Part shown: in pieces, positions 1-8,788 of the stretch
How the letters are laid out: each line of letters opens with the position of its first letter
Position numbering within the stretch: the stretch's first letter is position 1
DNA from: Chondromyces sp.
Lineage (GTDB): Bacteria > Acidobacteriota > Thermoanaerobaculia > Thermoanaerobaculales > Sulfomarinibacteraceae
Reading direction: 5' to 3'
NCBI GenBank assembly: GCA_035466375.1
Contig: DATIVB010000433.1
Span: 1-48,120 of the forward strand
DNA length: 48,120 nucleotides
The notes under the pieces: model-generated
What the model was told of the DNA's origin: nothing
What the model saw: the letters and a program-made list of their open reading frames with translations, nothing else
The model's database searches: none
Program-made: the position numbers and the translations under genes

Positions 1-18
1 CACAGTGGATCCCGGGTT

Positions 19-1548
19 GTGCATTCGATGGCCGCGGCGTGCGCGGTGCTGCTCGTCCTCTCGGCGCTGCCTGCGTTCTCCGCCGAGATCGAGGAGCAAC
101 GAACGGCCTCGAGCATCGTCTGGACGGCGCCCTTCGAGTACCAGAGCGCGACGATCGCGGTCTCCGGCCCGGCCGGCGTCACGAGCTGGACGGTGCCGGC
201 CGGCGAGCCGCTGCTCGTCGAGACCGCGGCGCTGACGGCCTGGGCGTTACTGCGCTCGGTGCCGGTGGACGGCGCCTACAGCTACGAGGTGCGCTTCGCG
301 CCCAAGCTCGACGCCGCGGCGCGCGCGGTCCTCGAGCGGCAGCGCGCCGACGCCGGAGGCGCCGAAGCGGCGGTGGCGGCGTTCGCCGCGACGCCGGTCG
401 CGAGCGGCCACTTCAGGCTCGAGGGCGGGGCCGTGGTGGGCGCCGGGGAGGACGCCGCGGAGGAGGGCGCCGCCAAGGACCAGGTCATCCAGGATGACCT
501 GATCGTCGGCATGAGCCTCTGCGTGGGCACCGACTGCGTCAACGGCGAGAACTTCGGCTTCGACACCTTCCGGCTCAAGGAGAACAACCTCCGCATCCAC
601 TTCCAGGACACCAGCAACAGCAGCGCCTTCCCTACCACCGACTGGCGGATCATCGCCAACGACTCATCGAACGGCGGCGCCTCGTACCTTGCCTTCGAGG
701 ACTCGGATGCCGCACGAAAACCGTTCGTGGTCGAGGCCGGCTCGAGGAACAACGCGCTGTACGTGGACGGCAGCCGCATCGGCTTCGGGACCTCGGTGCC
801 GGCGGACGATCTCCACATTGCCGTCGGGGACACCCCCGGGGTGCGGCTGGACCAGGACGGCAGCTCGGGATGGGCAAAGCAGGTGTGGGACGTCTCCGGC
901 AACGAAGCCAACTTCTTCGTCCGCGACCTCACCAACGCCTCCAGGCTGCCGCTGCGGATCCAGCCCGGAGCGCCGACCTCGTCGCTGACGCTTCGGGCCG
1001 ACGGCAACGTCGGCATGGGCACCTGGACGCCGACCGCTCCGCTCGAGATCGAGACCACCTCCCGCGACGCCACCCTGCTCCTCGACCGCACCGACGGCGG
1101 CTCGTGGTATCTCGCGGCCACCGCCGACGGGAGCTTCACCCTTGGCGCGTCCGCGGCGGCGGGCGAAGAGCTTCTGATCGTCGATGATGCCGGCAACCTG
1201 ACCACCAGCGGCACCGTCAACGGCATCTCGGACCGCGCCGCGAAAAGGGACTTCACGCCGGTCGACGGCGGCCGCGTGCTCGAAGCCGTCTCCCGCCTGC
1301 CCATCACCGAGTGGAGCCTGGTGTCGGACGCCGGCGGCGCGCGCCACCTCGGGCCCACCGCGCAGGACTTCCGCGCCGCCTTCGGCCTCGGCGGCGACGA
1401 GCGCCACATCGCCCTGTCGGACCTCAGCGGGGTGGCCCTGGCCGCGATCCAGGCCCTGCTCGGCGAGCTCGAGGCGCGCGACCGGACGATCGAGGACCTC
1501 GGTCGTCGCCTGCAGGAGCTCGAGGCCGCGGTCGGGAACCTTCAGTAG
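19..1548 (+). CDS. Secreted tail-fibre-like protein with C-terminal intramolecular-chaperone (peptidase S74) autoproteolysis domain
   Basis: 509-aa ORF with a hydrophobic signal-like N-terminus (AAACAVLLVLSALPAFSA). The C-terminal ~105 aa fit the S74 chaperone-domain pattern (GISDRAAKRDF...HLGPTAQDF...AAIQALL plus a terminal coiled coil). Start is GTG19 or ATG28, and the frame is open to the window edge. Confidence 0.8.
   Translation: MHSMAAACAVLLVLSALPAFSAEIEEQRTASSIVWTAPFEYQSATIAVSGPAGVTSWTVPAGEPLLVETAALTAWALLRSVPVDGAYSYEVRFAPKLDAAARAVLERQRADAGGAEAAVAAFAATPVASGHFRLEGGAVVGAGEDAAEEGAAKDQVIQDDLIVGMSLCVGTDCVNGENFGFDTFRLKENNLRIHFQDTSNSSAFPTTDWRIIANDSSNGGASYLAFEDSDAARKPFVVEAGSRNNALYVDGSRIGFGTSVPADDLHIAVGDTPGVRLDQDGSSGWAKQVWDVSGNEANFFVRDLTNASRLPLRIQPGAPTSSLTLRADGNVGMGTWTPTAPLEIETTSRDATLLLDRTDGGSWYLAATADGSFTLGASAAAGEELLIVDDAGNLTTSGTVNGISDRAAKRDFTPVDGGRVLEAVSRLPITEWSLVSDAGGARHLGPTAQDFRAAFGLGGDERHIALSDLSGVALAAIQALLGELEARDRTIEDLGRRLQELEAAVGNLQ
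1228..1548 (+). other. S74-type intramolecular chaperone domain with Ser-x4-Lys dyad
   Basis: Ser codon at 1228-1230 and Lys codon at 1243-1245 in SDRAAK, the spacing of the catalytic Ser/Lys dyad known from endosialidase and tail-spike chaperone domains. Confidence 0.65.
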
Positions 1549-1597
1549 GGCTCCCGGCCGCGCGCAACCGGCTCCGAGGGAGCACGGCGGCAGCCGC

Positions 1598-1816
1598 TCA
1601 GCGGAGGCGGCGGCCGCGCAGGATGTCCTGGTACTCGGTGGGGTCGGAGTCGTCCTTGGCGCCGACCGGGGTCCCGCACGCGGCGCAGCGGTACTCGTAC
1701 TTGGTGCCGGTCGGCAGCACCAGCAGCAGGTGGCGGCGCACCGGCCGCGCGGTCTTGCAGGTCGGGCAGAAGAGCTCCGACGCCTCCAGCGCCTCGTAGT
1801 CGCGTCGTTCCTTCAT
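1598..1816 (-). CDS. Small zinc-ribbon protein (hypothetical)
   Basis: 72-aa ORF with high third-position GC and two CxxC pairs (CPTC ... CAAC). Confidence 0.65.
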   Translation of the reverse strand: MKERRDYEALEASELFCPTCKTARPVRRHLLLVLPTGTKYEYRCAACGTPVGAKDDSDPTEYQDILRGRRLR

Positions 1817-1878
1817 GAGAAGATTCTCGTGATCGACCTGCCGCGCGTCAAGGGCGCGTGCGCAAGCTCGGATGGTGA

Positions 1879-1903
1879 GCAGCCGGCACAGCGGGCCGGC
1901 TGC
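1879..1903 (-). other. Intergenic GC-rich hairpin (9-bp stem GCAGCCGGC/GCCGGCTGC, 7-nt loop)
   Basis: Perfect inverted repeat 8 nt downstream of the stop at 1911. No U-tract follows on the minus strand, so it is not a classic intrinsic terminator. Confidence 0.3.
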
Positions 1904-1910
1904 TGCGGTG

Positions 1911-2108
1911 TCACTCTTCGCGGCCCGCGAAGTGGCGATAGAGCAGCACGGTGGCGCCGACGGCCACCGCCAGCAGGAGCGCCGGCACGAGCACGCTCCA
2001 CAGGAAGCCGCCTACGGGCGGCGACGCAGACAGCGGCTCGGGGCCTGCCCGTGCGACGGCCCGGTCGAGAGCGGCGAGCAGAGCGACAGCGGCGGTGCGG
2101 GCGATCAC
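1911..2108 (-). CDS. Small membrane protein (65 aa, hypothetical)
   Basis: GTG start at 2108 overlaps the stop of the upstream 42-aa ORF as GTGA. High GC3. C-terminal hydrophobic helix FLWSVLVPALLLAVAVGATVLLY. Confidence 0.5.
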   Translation of the reverse strand: MIARTAAVALLAALDRAVARAGPEPLSASPPVGGFLWSVLVPALLLAVAVGATVLLYRHFAGREE

Positions 2109-2233
2109 TGTCCGTCCCCGTCGCCGTCGCGGTGGCGCTTCCGCCATGCCCACCAGGCGACCCCCATTCCCAGCAGGGAGGCCACGTACGCGATGCTCAT
2201 GCCGATCAGGGTCACCAGTCCGCGCTCCATCAT
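2105..2233 (-). CDS. Micro-membrane protein (42 aa, hypothetical)
   Basis: ATG at 2233 overlaps the symporter stop as ATGA and follows a GGAGG sequence. Single TM helix LVTLIGMSIAYVASLLGMGVAWWAW, then a charged tail. High GC3. Confidence 0.5.
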   Translation of the reverse strand: MMERGLVTLIGMSIAYVASLLGMGVAWWAWRKRHRDGDGDGQ

Positions 2234-4140
2234 TCCTCCACCGCCGGCGCCTGGTTCCGCCACCGTACGCTGCGCTCCAGCTCCTCGAGATACCGCGCCT
2301 GGGTGGTTTCGAACTCCTCGGACACCGCGCGCAGCTTGGGGTCGATCACCCAGTAGATGGCGGCGGCCCCGGCGACGGCCGCGATGCAGAGCCCGATCCC
2401 GAAGGGCCGCAGCAGCAGCAGCTGGGTGAGGCCGAAGAGAATGCAGGCGAGGACCAGCGGCGACAGCACGATGGCGATCCAGTCCTCGCGGGTCCAATCG
2501 GACGCCTGCTCGGCCGTCCAGCTGCGCCGGATCAGAGGCCGGCTTCGAGATGCCGGGTCATCGCGGACCTGCTCGTCGATCAGCCCCCGCCGCACGGCCT
2601 CGCGGTGGACCGGCCCCCACCAGCCGAGGGGGCGGGTCATCATGTAGAAGCCGACCAGACGGTCCATGCTCTCGGGCCTGGTGAGCAGGGTGGCCGGCAG
2701 GAAGACCGCGGCGCCGAGAGCCATCAGCAGCCAGAACTGGAGGTAGTCCGGAAGAGCCGGGAGGACGCCGAACGCGGGCAGCACCCAGACTACCAGCCAC
2801 GAGACGCCGAGGTTGGCGACCCACGAGCTGAGGTAGCCCCAGGCGTTAAAGCGCCACCACACCACCTGCAGGATGTTGGGCAGCCAGATGCCCGCCATCA
2901 TCAACCACAGCGCGAAGATCAGCCACTGGGTGATCTCCTCCATCATGAGGCCGTAGAAGAACGAGCCCAGCAGCAGCACCACGGTGGCGGCGCGCCCGAC
3001 CCACACCAGCGTCCTTTCCGGGGCCTCGGGGTTGAGGTAGCGCTGGTAGAGATCGCGGGTGAAGTACAGGGCGCCGAGGTTGAGGTGGCTCGAGATGGTG
3101 GAGAGGTGGATGGCGAGCAGGGCGCCGAAAAACACCCCCACCAGGCCCACCGGCAGGAGCTCGAAGCCGAGCCGGAACCACCCCAGCTCGTACTCGGCGG
3201 CGGAGGCGATGTTCGGGGCCAGGACGAAGAAGGCGAGGATGCCCACCGCCCACACGGCGTTGCGCAGCAGCGTCACGGCCCCCCCGGCCCAGAGGCCGTA
3301 GGCGGCGTCGCGGACGCTCTTCGCCGACTGGATGCGCTGCGCCTCCACGTACCAGTCGATGCTGGTCCCCATGCCGAAGCCGCCGATGACCGCGATCACC
3401 AGCATAGTGAGCCACCACGCCGCCGGGAACTCGCCGCCGAACCAGCCGGTGAAGGCGAAGGGGTCGAGCCGCCACCCGTCGCCGAGCTCGATGATTCTCG
3501 AGGTGAGCGCGACGGGCCCACCCACTGCGGCGACGCCGACCACCGTCACCACCACGATCGCGAACACCGCGACGATCCCCTGGAGGAAGTCGCCCATCAC
3601 CACGCCCCAGTAGCCGGCGGCCAGAGTGTACGCCGCGGTGATGACCGTTGGCACCACCAGACCCACCCACAACGGCCACCCGAACGCCAGCTCGCAGACC
3701 TTGCCCATGGCCATACCCACCCAGCCGAGGATGAACATGTTCATGAACACCTGCCAGCCGGCCAGCCAGCCGCGCAGCAGCTCGGCGCCGAGCCCGCCGA
3801 AGCGCAGCACCTGCCACTCGGCCTGGGTGTAGGCCAGTGAGCGCCGGAAGATGCGCGCCGAAACGAAGGCGCCGATGGCAGTCCAGGCGGTGAAGAATGT
3901 GTACCAGAGCCCGCGCAGGCCGTGGGCGTAGACGACGCCGGTCACCCACATGGGCGTGTCGGTGGCGGTGTGGGTGCTGAACACCGACGATGCCGGCAGC
4001 CACCACGGCAGGCCCCGTCCGGCGAGGAAGAAATCGGACTCGGACCTCCGTGCCAGGCGGTAGAAGAAGAACGCGCCGCCCACCATCAGCAGCAGGAACG
4101 AGCCGGTCCAGAACCAGTCGAGCGGTGTGAAGTGGGCCAC
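2230..4140 (-). CDS. Sodium:solute symporter (SSS) family transporter
   Basis: About 13 hydrophobic helices with typical SSS-like sequence (FFLAGRGLPWW..., GMGTSIDWYVEAQRIQSAKS). Start chosen at GTG 4140, preceded by GGGAG. The ORF-track extension to 4266 is not hydrophobic and lacks an RBS. Confidence 0.85.
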   Translation of the reverse strand: MAHFTPLDWFWTGSFLLLMVGGAFFFYRLARRSESDFFLAGRGLPWWLPASSVFSTHTATDTPMWVTGVVYAHGLRGLWYTFFTAWTAIGAFVSARIFRRSLAYTQAEWQVLRFGGLGAELLRGWLAGWQVFMNMFILGWVGMAMGKVCELAFGWPLWVGLVVPTVITAAYTLAAGYWGVVMGDFLQGIVAVFAIVVVTVVGVAAVGGPVALTSRIIELGDGWRLDPFAFTGWFGGEFPAAWWLTMLVIAVIGGFGMGTSIDWYVEAQRIQSAKSVRDAAYGLWAGGAVTLLRNAVWAVGILAFFVLAPNIASAAEYELGWFRLGFELLPVGLVGVFFGALLAIHLSTISSHLNLGALYFTRDLYQRYLNPEAPERTLVWVGRAATVVLLLGSFFYGLMMEEITQWLIFALWLMMAGIWLPNILQVVWWRFNAWGYLSSWVANLGVSWLVVWVLPAFGVLPALPDYLQFWLLMALGAAVFLPATLLTRPESMDRLVGFYMMTRPLGWWGPVHREAVRRGLIDEQVRDDPASRSRPLIRRSWTAEQASDWTREDWIAIVLSPLVLACILFGLTQLLLLRPFGIGLCIAAVAGAAAIYWVIDPKLRAVSEEFETTQARYLEELERSVRWRNQAPAVEE

Positions 4141-4332
4141 GGAAACTCCCGTGCTCGCAGGTGATCGGGCGGGTTCGATCTTACAGGTCGAGAACACGGG
4201 CAACAACCGATTGCGCGTGTCGCAGCGCGGCGGTCGCGGGTGAAGGGCATGACAGGCCCCCAACAACGGTTTCCGTTACCATGAGAGACATCGGAGCCGG
4301 CGCCCGGCGCCGCCGCCCCGGGAGAACGCAGC

Positions 4333-5784
4333 GTGGGTGATCGAAGCTCCATCCTCGTCGAGGGCGAGACCGTCTGGCGCATCGCGACCGCCGGCCGGCT
4401 GGCCTTCATCGTCGACGGGGCGGACTACTTCGCGGCCCTGCGCGACTCCCTTTGCCGGGCGCAGCGCTCGGTGCTGATCCTGGCCTGGGTCATCGACAGC
4501 CGGCTGCAGATGCTCCGCGACGGCGCCTCGGACGGACGCCCCAGCGAGCTCGCGGCCTTTCTCGCAGACCTGGTTGCGGAGCGCCCCGACCTGCACATCC
4601 GCATCGACTGCTGGGACCACTCCGTGATCTATACGTTCGACCGTGAGTTGCTGACCCGGGTGCGGCTGGGTTGGACGAGCCCGGAAAGGGTCCATTTCGA
4701 GCTCGGCAACCACCAGCCGCCCGGCGCCTCCCTGCACGAGAAAGTGGTGGTCATCGACGACGAGGTGGCCTTCATCGGCGGCCTCGACCCGGGCATGTCC
4801 CGCTGGGACACCAGGGAGCACCGGCCGGACGATCCCCGGCGGGTGACCCCGATCGGCGAACCCTACCCGCCGTTTCACGACCTCCAGGTGGTGGTCAGCG
4901 GCGAGGCCGCGCGGGCGCTCGGCGAGCACGCTCGCCGGCGCTGGAAGGAGACCACGGGCGAGACCGTCGAGCCGGTGGCCGCCGAGGACGACTGCTGGCC
5001 GGCGACAGTCGAGCCGGCGTTGGAGGACGTCGAGGTGGGGCTGGTCCGCACCCGCGCCGCGTGGGGCGACAAGCCCGAGATCCTCGAGACCAAGCGCCTC
5101 CACCGGCGGCTCATCGCCGAGGCGCGGGAGCACATCTTCATCGAGAACCAGTACCTGACCGAGGACGACATCGGCAGCGACCTGGCGGAGCGCTTGCGGG
5201 GGGACGATCCGCCGGACGTCGTGGCCGTCACCTCGAGAGAGTCGGAGAAATGGCTCGAGCACGTCACCATGGGCGGCCTCCGCGCCCGCTGGTGCCGCGA
5301 GCTCATGGAGGCCGACCGGGAGGGCCGGTTCGGCGTCTACTGTCCGGTGCTCGAGGACGGCACGCCGGTCATGGTTCACAGCAAGCTCGTCTGCGCCGAC
5401 GACCGGCTGCTGTACCTCGGCTCCGCCAACCTCGCCAAGAGATCGATGTACCTCGACACGGAGTGCGGGCTCGCCATCGACGGCAGCTCGCGCGCCGATG
5501 TCCGGCAGGCGATCCGCGGCTTCCGACGCGGGCTGCTCGCCGAGCATCTCGGCACGACGGCGTCGGTTGTGGCCGAACGAGAGCGTCGGCTCTCCCTCAA
5601 GCGGACCGTCGAGGCCCTGGCGGGGGGCCCACGGACGCTGGCCGAGCTGCCCATCGACGAGCAGGAGATCCCCGCCGTCCTGGAGCCGCTGGCCGAACTC
5701 GCCGACCTCTACATCTTCCCTTCGCCGTCGAAGGTCCTGCGCGCAATCGTCACCGACGGCGACGTCGGCGAGGCTCCGGAATGA
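4333..5784 (+). CDS. Phospholipase D / cardiolipin-synthase-like family protein (two HKD motifs)
   Basis: HEKVVVIDDEVAFIGGLD and HSKLVCADDRLLYLGSANLAKRS. GTG start preceded by GGAGAA. Confidence 0.85.
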   Translation: MGDRSSILVEGETVWRIATAGRLAFIVDGADYFAALRDSLCRAQRSVLILAWVIDSRLQMLRDGASDGRPSELAAFLADLVAERPDLHIRIDCWDHSVIYTFDRELLTRVRLGWTSPERVHFELGNHQPPGASLHEKVVVIDDEVAFIGGLDPGMSRWDTREHRPDDPRRVTPIGEPYPPFHDLQVVVSGEAARALGEHARRRWKETTGETVEPVAAEDDCWPATVEPALEDVEVGLVRTRAAWGDKPEILETKRLHRRLIAEAREHIFIENQYLTEDDIGSDLAERLRGDDPPDVVAVTSRESEKWLEHVTMGGLRARWCRELMEADREGRFGVYCPVLEDGTPVMVHSKLVCADDRLLYLGSANLAKRSMYLDTECGLAIDGSSRADVRQAIRGFRRGLLAEHLGTTASVVAERERRLSLKRTVEALAGGPRTLAELPIDEQEIPAVLEPLAELADLYIFPSPSKVLRAIVTDGDVGEAPE

Positions 5785-5848
5785 CCGCGGCGCCGCAGAC
5801 CGGCCGGCCGGGTCGATCGCCTACACTGGTCCCAAAAGGAGGCAGCGT

Positions 5849-6841
5849 ATGATCCTCCGCGGCTCTCCCGAGACCGGTGCCGCCGCCCGGCACACGGCAT
5901 CGACAGCACCGCTTGCTGCGCTGTACCCGATACCCGATCTCTGGGCGACCGTCGGGGACGTCCTGCAACGGGTCGCCGCGGTCTGGAGCTTCCAGCTGAC
6001 GGCGATCGACGGGCGGCCGCTGACGGTCGGCAAGCTGGTCATCGCCCTGCTGGTCCTCCTCGTTGGTGTTCCCGTCGCGCGGCTGGTGGTCCGCCGGATC
6101 TCCCGGCGTCTCTTCGAGCGCATCGGCCTCGAGCCGGGCGCCGCGGCGGCCTTCGAGACCCTGTCCTTCTACGCGGTGGTGGCGGTCCTGGTCCTGTTCG
6201 CGCTGTGGGTGTCCGAGATCCCGCTCACCGTCTTCACCCTCGCCGGCGGCGCGCTCGCCATCGGCATCGGCTTCGGCAGCCAGAAGATCGTCAACAACTT
6301 CATCAGCGGGCTCATCCTGCTCTTCGAGCGCCCGATCAAGGTCGGCGACCTGATCGAGGTCGGTGAGACCTTCGGCCGGGTGGAGAGCATCGGCGCCCGC
6401 AGCACCAAGATCAAGACCTTCGACAACTTCCACATCATCGTCCCCAACGGGACTATCCTCGATCAGAACGTGGTCAACTGGACGCACTCGGACAACCTGG
6501 TGCGGGTGCGCATGAAAGTCGGCGTCGCCTACGGGGCCCCGACCCGGCGCGTGGAGGAGCTGCTGCTGCAGGCGATCCGGGAGCTCGACAAGGTGGTGTC
6601 GCCGCCGGAGCCGGTCGTGATCTTCGAGGACTTCGGCGACAACGCCCTGCTCTTCGAAGCGCTTTTCTGGATCATCATGCGGCGCCCCATGGACCGGCGC
6701 CAGATCCTGTCGGACCTCCGCTACCGGGTCGACGAGCTGTTCCGCGAGGACGGCATCGTCATCGCCTTTCCGCAGCGCGACGTCCACCTCGACAACCTGC
6801 AGCCGCTGCAGGTTCGTCTGCTGGAGAAGGACGAGGACTGA
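5849..6841 (+). CDS. Mechanosensitive ion channel, MscS family
   Basis: ATG at 5849 preceded by AAAGGAGG. TM helices followed by the MscS beta-domain signature (GSQKIVNNFISGLILLFERPIKVGDLIEV...VESIGARSTKIKTFDN..IVPN). Confidence 0.85.
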   Translation: MILRGSPETGAAARHTASTAPLAALYPIPDLWATVGDVLQRVAAVWSFQLTAIDGRPLTVGKLVIALLVLLVGVPVARLVVRRISRRLFERIGLEPGAAAAFETLSFYAVVAVLVLFALWVSEIPLTVFTLAGGALAIGIGFGSQKIVNNFISGLILLFERPIKVGDLIEVGETFGRVESIGARSTKIKTFDNFHIIVPNGTILDQNVVNWTHSDNLVRVRMKVGVAYGAPTRRVEELLLQAIRELDKVVSPPEPVVIFEDFGDNALLFEALFWIIMRRPMDRRQILSDLRYRVDELFREDGIVIAFPQRDVHLDNLQPLQVRLLEKDED

Positions 6842-6850
6842 GGCCGCCGG

Positions 6851-8158
6851 TCAGGTGGTTTCGGGCAGCAACCAGCTGACGACCGCCCCCGCCAGCCCGA
6901 GCAGCGACAGCACCAGGATGACGAGCGTCACCGAGAACGCCTGCGCCAGTGCTCCCATGCCGCCGAGCAGCAGCAGCACGGCGCCGATGACGCTGTTGCT
7001 GACCGCGACGTAGTCGGTGCGGCGGTTGCCGCCGGCGAGGTCGACGACGTAGGTCTTGCGCCCCAGGCGGGCGCCGCTGTGGGCGACCATGAGCACGAAG
7101 AAGACCAGCGGGTAGAACCAGACGGCGGCGCCGAGCGCGGGCGCGAGGTGCTCGGTGCCGACCGCCAGAAACCCCAGCCCGCTGGTGATGAGAGCAGCCA
7201 CCGCCATTACGGTGCGGCTCGACCAGTCGGCGAGGCGGCCCCAGAACGGGGCGCTCAGGCTCGAGGCCAACCCGCCGGCGATGATGAAGAAGCCGAGCTG
7301 GCTCGCCACCTCTCCGTCGTGGCGGCGCGCGAGGATGACGTAGTAGGGCGCCGACAGGGCCGAGCACAGCAGCAGAGAGCGTGCGATGACGAAGGTGCGG
7401 AAGGCGGCATCGTCGCGCAGCAGCGCGAGCTTGCCGACGGCTTCCGCGAGGGCGTTGCCCCCGCCCCCGGTCTCTCCCGGCCACTCGACGATCCGCGAGT
7501 AGAGCGCCGCGGCGAGCACCCAGAGCGCGGCAGCGCCGGCGAGCAGGACCAGGAAGGTGGGCCGGGCGCGGTCGTCGGCGCCGTAGGCGACGAGGGCCGA
7601 ACCGACGCCGAGCGTCGCCAGGCCCGCGGCGCTGGCGCTGAAACCGTTCACCCGCCCGCGCCGGGTCTTGGGGATGGTTTTGCCGAGCACGTCCTTGGCC
7701 GCGACCGATGACAGTCCGCGCGCGAGGCTGAACAGCGCCAGGCTCGCAATCACGCACACTCCGGCCACGGCGCCGCTCAGCGACCAGGCGACCAGGCCCA
7801 TCGCGAGCACCGCCAGGGCCTGGATCAGGCTGCCCGCCACCCACACCCACTTGCGGACCGGCTGCCGGCGCACGAAGGCCGCGATCACCAGCTGCGGGAT
7901 GAGCGACCCCGACTCTCGCACCGGCACCAGGAGGCCGGTGAGGGCGACCGGCGCCCCGATGGCGTCCATCATCCAGGTCAAGGTGGTCTTGGGGTTGGCG
8001 ATCGCGTCGCCGAGCTTGGTCAGGACGTAGCTGCCGATCAACAGGAAGAAGTTGCGCGGCGCCTCGCGGCAGGCCTTGTCCGGGATCTCGCGGCAGACCC
8101 GCGCGTCCTCCTCGTTGACGAGCTTGGCGTAGAGATCCTCGGTGAGCGACTCGCCCAT
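6851..8158 (-). CDS. MFS-type transporter
   Basis: About 12 hydrophobic segments. ATG at 8158 shares 1 nt with the GNAT stop (TGATG). The upstream part of the track ORF (to 8656) belongs to the GNAT gene region in another frame. Confidence 0.8.
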   Translation of the reverse strand: MGESLTEDLYAKLVNEEDARVCREIPDKACREAPRNFFLLIGSYVLTKLGDAIANPKTTLTWMMDAIGAPVALTGLLVPVRESGSLIPQLVIAAFVRRQPVRKWVWVAGSLIQALAVLAMGLVAWSLSGAVAGVCVIASLALFSLARGLSSVAAKDVLGKTIPKTRRGRVNGFSASAAGLATLGVGSALVAYGADDRARPTFLVLLAGAAALWVLAAALYSRIVEWPGETGGGGNALAEAVGKLALLRDDAAFRTFVIARSLLLCSALSAPYYVILARRHDGEVASQLGFFIIAGGLASSLSAPFWGRLADWSSRTVMAVAALITSGLGFLAVGTEHLAPALGAAVWFYPLVFFVLMVAHSGARLGRKTYVVDLAGGNRRTDYVAVSNSVIGAVLLLLGGMGALAQAFSVTLVILVLSLLGLAGAVVSWLLPETT

Positions 8159-8658
8159 CACGCCTCGCCGTCCGGATCCCTCAGGCTGCGGGTCATGATG
8201 GTGTACGGAGCCGTCTGAAAGCCGCAGCGGCTGTAGACGTGGAGCGCGCGCCGGTTGGAGTTGTGGGCGTAGAGGCGGAGGTCGACCGCGCCCGCGTCCC
8301 GAGCCTCCCGGGAGAGCTCGTCGAGGATCTGCTCCACCAGTCCCCGGCCGCGGTGCCCGGGCGCGATGTAGAGGCTCTGGATCCACCAGTAGTAGCCGCC
8401 GTGCCAGTCGCTCCACTCGCGGACCACCGAGGTGCTGGCGGCGGTCTCGCCGTCGCCCGACTCCGCCAGCCAATAGGTGGCGACCGACGGGTCGTCGAGC
8501 CCAACGAGGACGCCGCGGCGCACCGCCGCCGGGTCCTTGTCGACGCCTTCGGCCTCGCGGGCCTCGGCGATGGTGAATTCGACCACGCGATCCAGGTCCC
8601 CGGGCACGGCCCTCCTGAGGCGGTAGCTCTGCGACACCCTTCCCCCCTTCGAGCACAT
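8158..8658 (-). CDS. GNAT family N-acetyltransferase
   Basis: Acetyl-CoA binding motif region IQSLYIAPGHRGRGLVEQILDEL....RLYAHNSNRRALHVYSRCGF. Start is ATG 8658 or the GTG eight codons downstream. Confidence 0.8.
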   Translation of the reverse strand: MCSKGGRVSQSYRLRRAVPGDLDRVVEFTIAEAREAEGVDKDPAAVRRGVLVGLDDPSVATYWLAESGDGETAASTSVVREWSDWHGGYYWWIQSLYIAPGHRGRGLVEQILDELSREARDAGAVDLRLYAHNSNRRALHVYSRCGFQTAPYTIMTRSLRDPDGEA

Positions 8659-8788
8659 CCTGGGACGGGCGGAGCGGGTTGCCCGTCCCGGCCCTGTCCG
8701 CTGCACATCGTAGCGCGGCCGACGTTCGTCTCGGGATGGACTACCATTTCGATCGGAGAGGGTCGGAGATCTCCGACTGGGGGCGGTT

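Noticed and set aside
19-1548. Prophage or tailocin remnant, suggested by the tail-fibre chaperone domain
   Set aside because: No capsid, terminase, baseplate, integrase or lysis genes and no att-like repeats appear within the window. The protein has a signal peptide. Sequence upstream of position 1 is unseen, so this is rejected only for the visible region.
1951-3840. 629-aa plus-strand ORF
   Set aside because: It lies antisense to the clearly membrane-embedded SSS transporter gene. The translation is Arg/Pro/Gly/Ala-rich and low-complexity, as is typical of shadow ORFs in GC-rich DNA, and it has no motifs.
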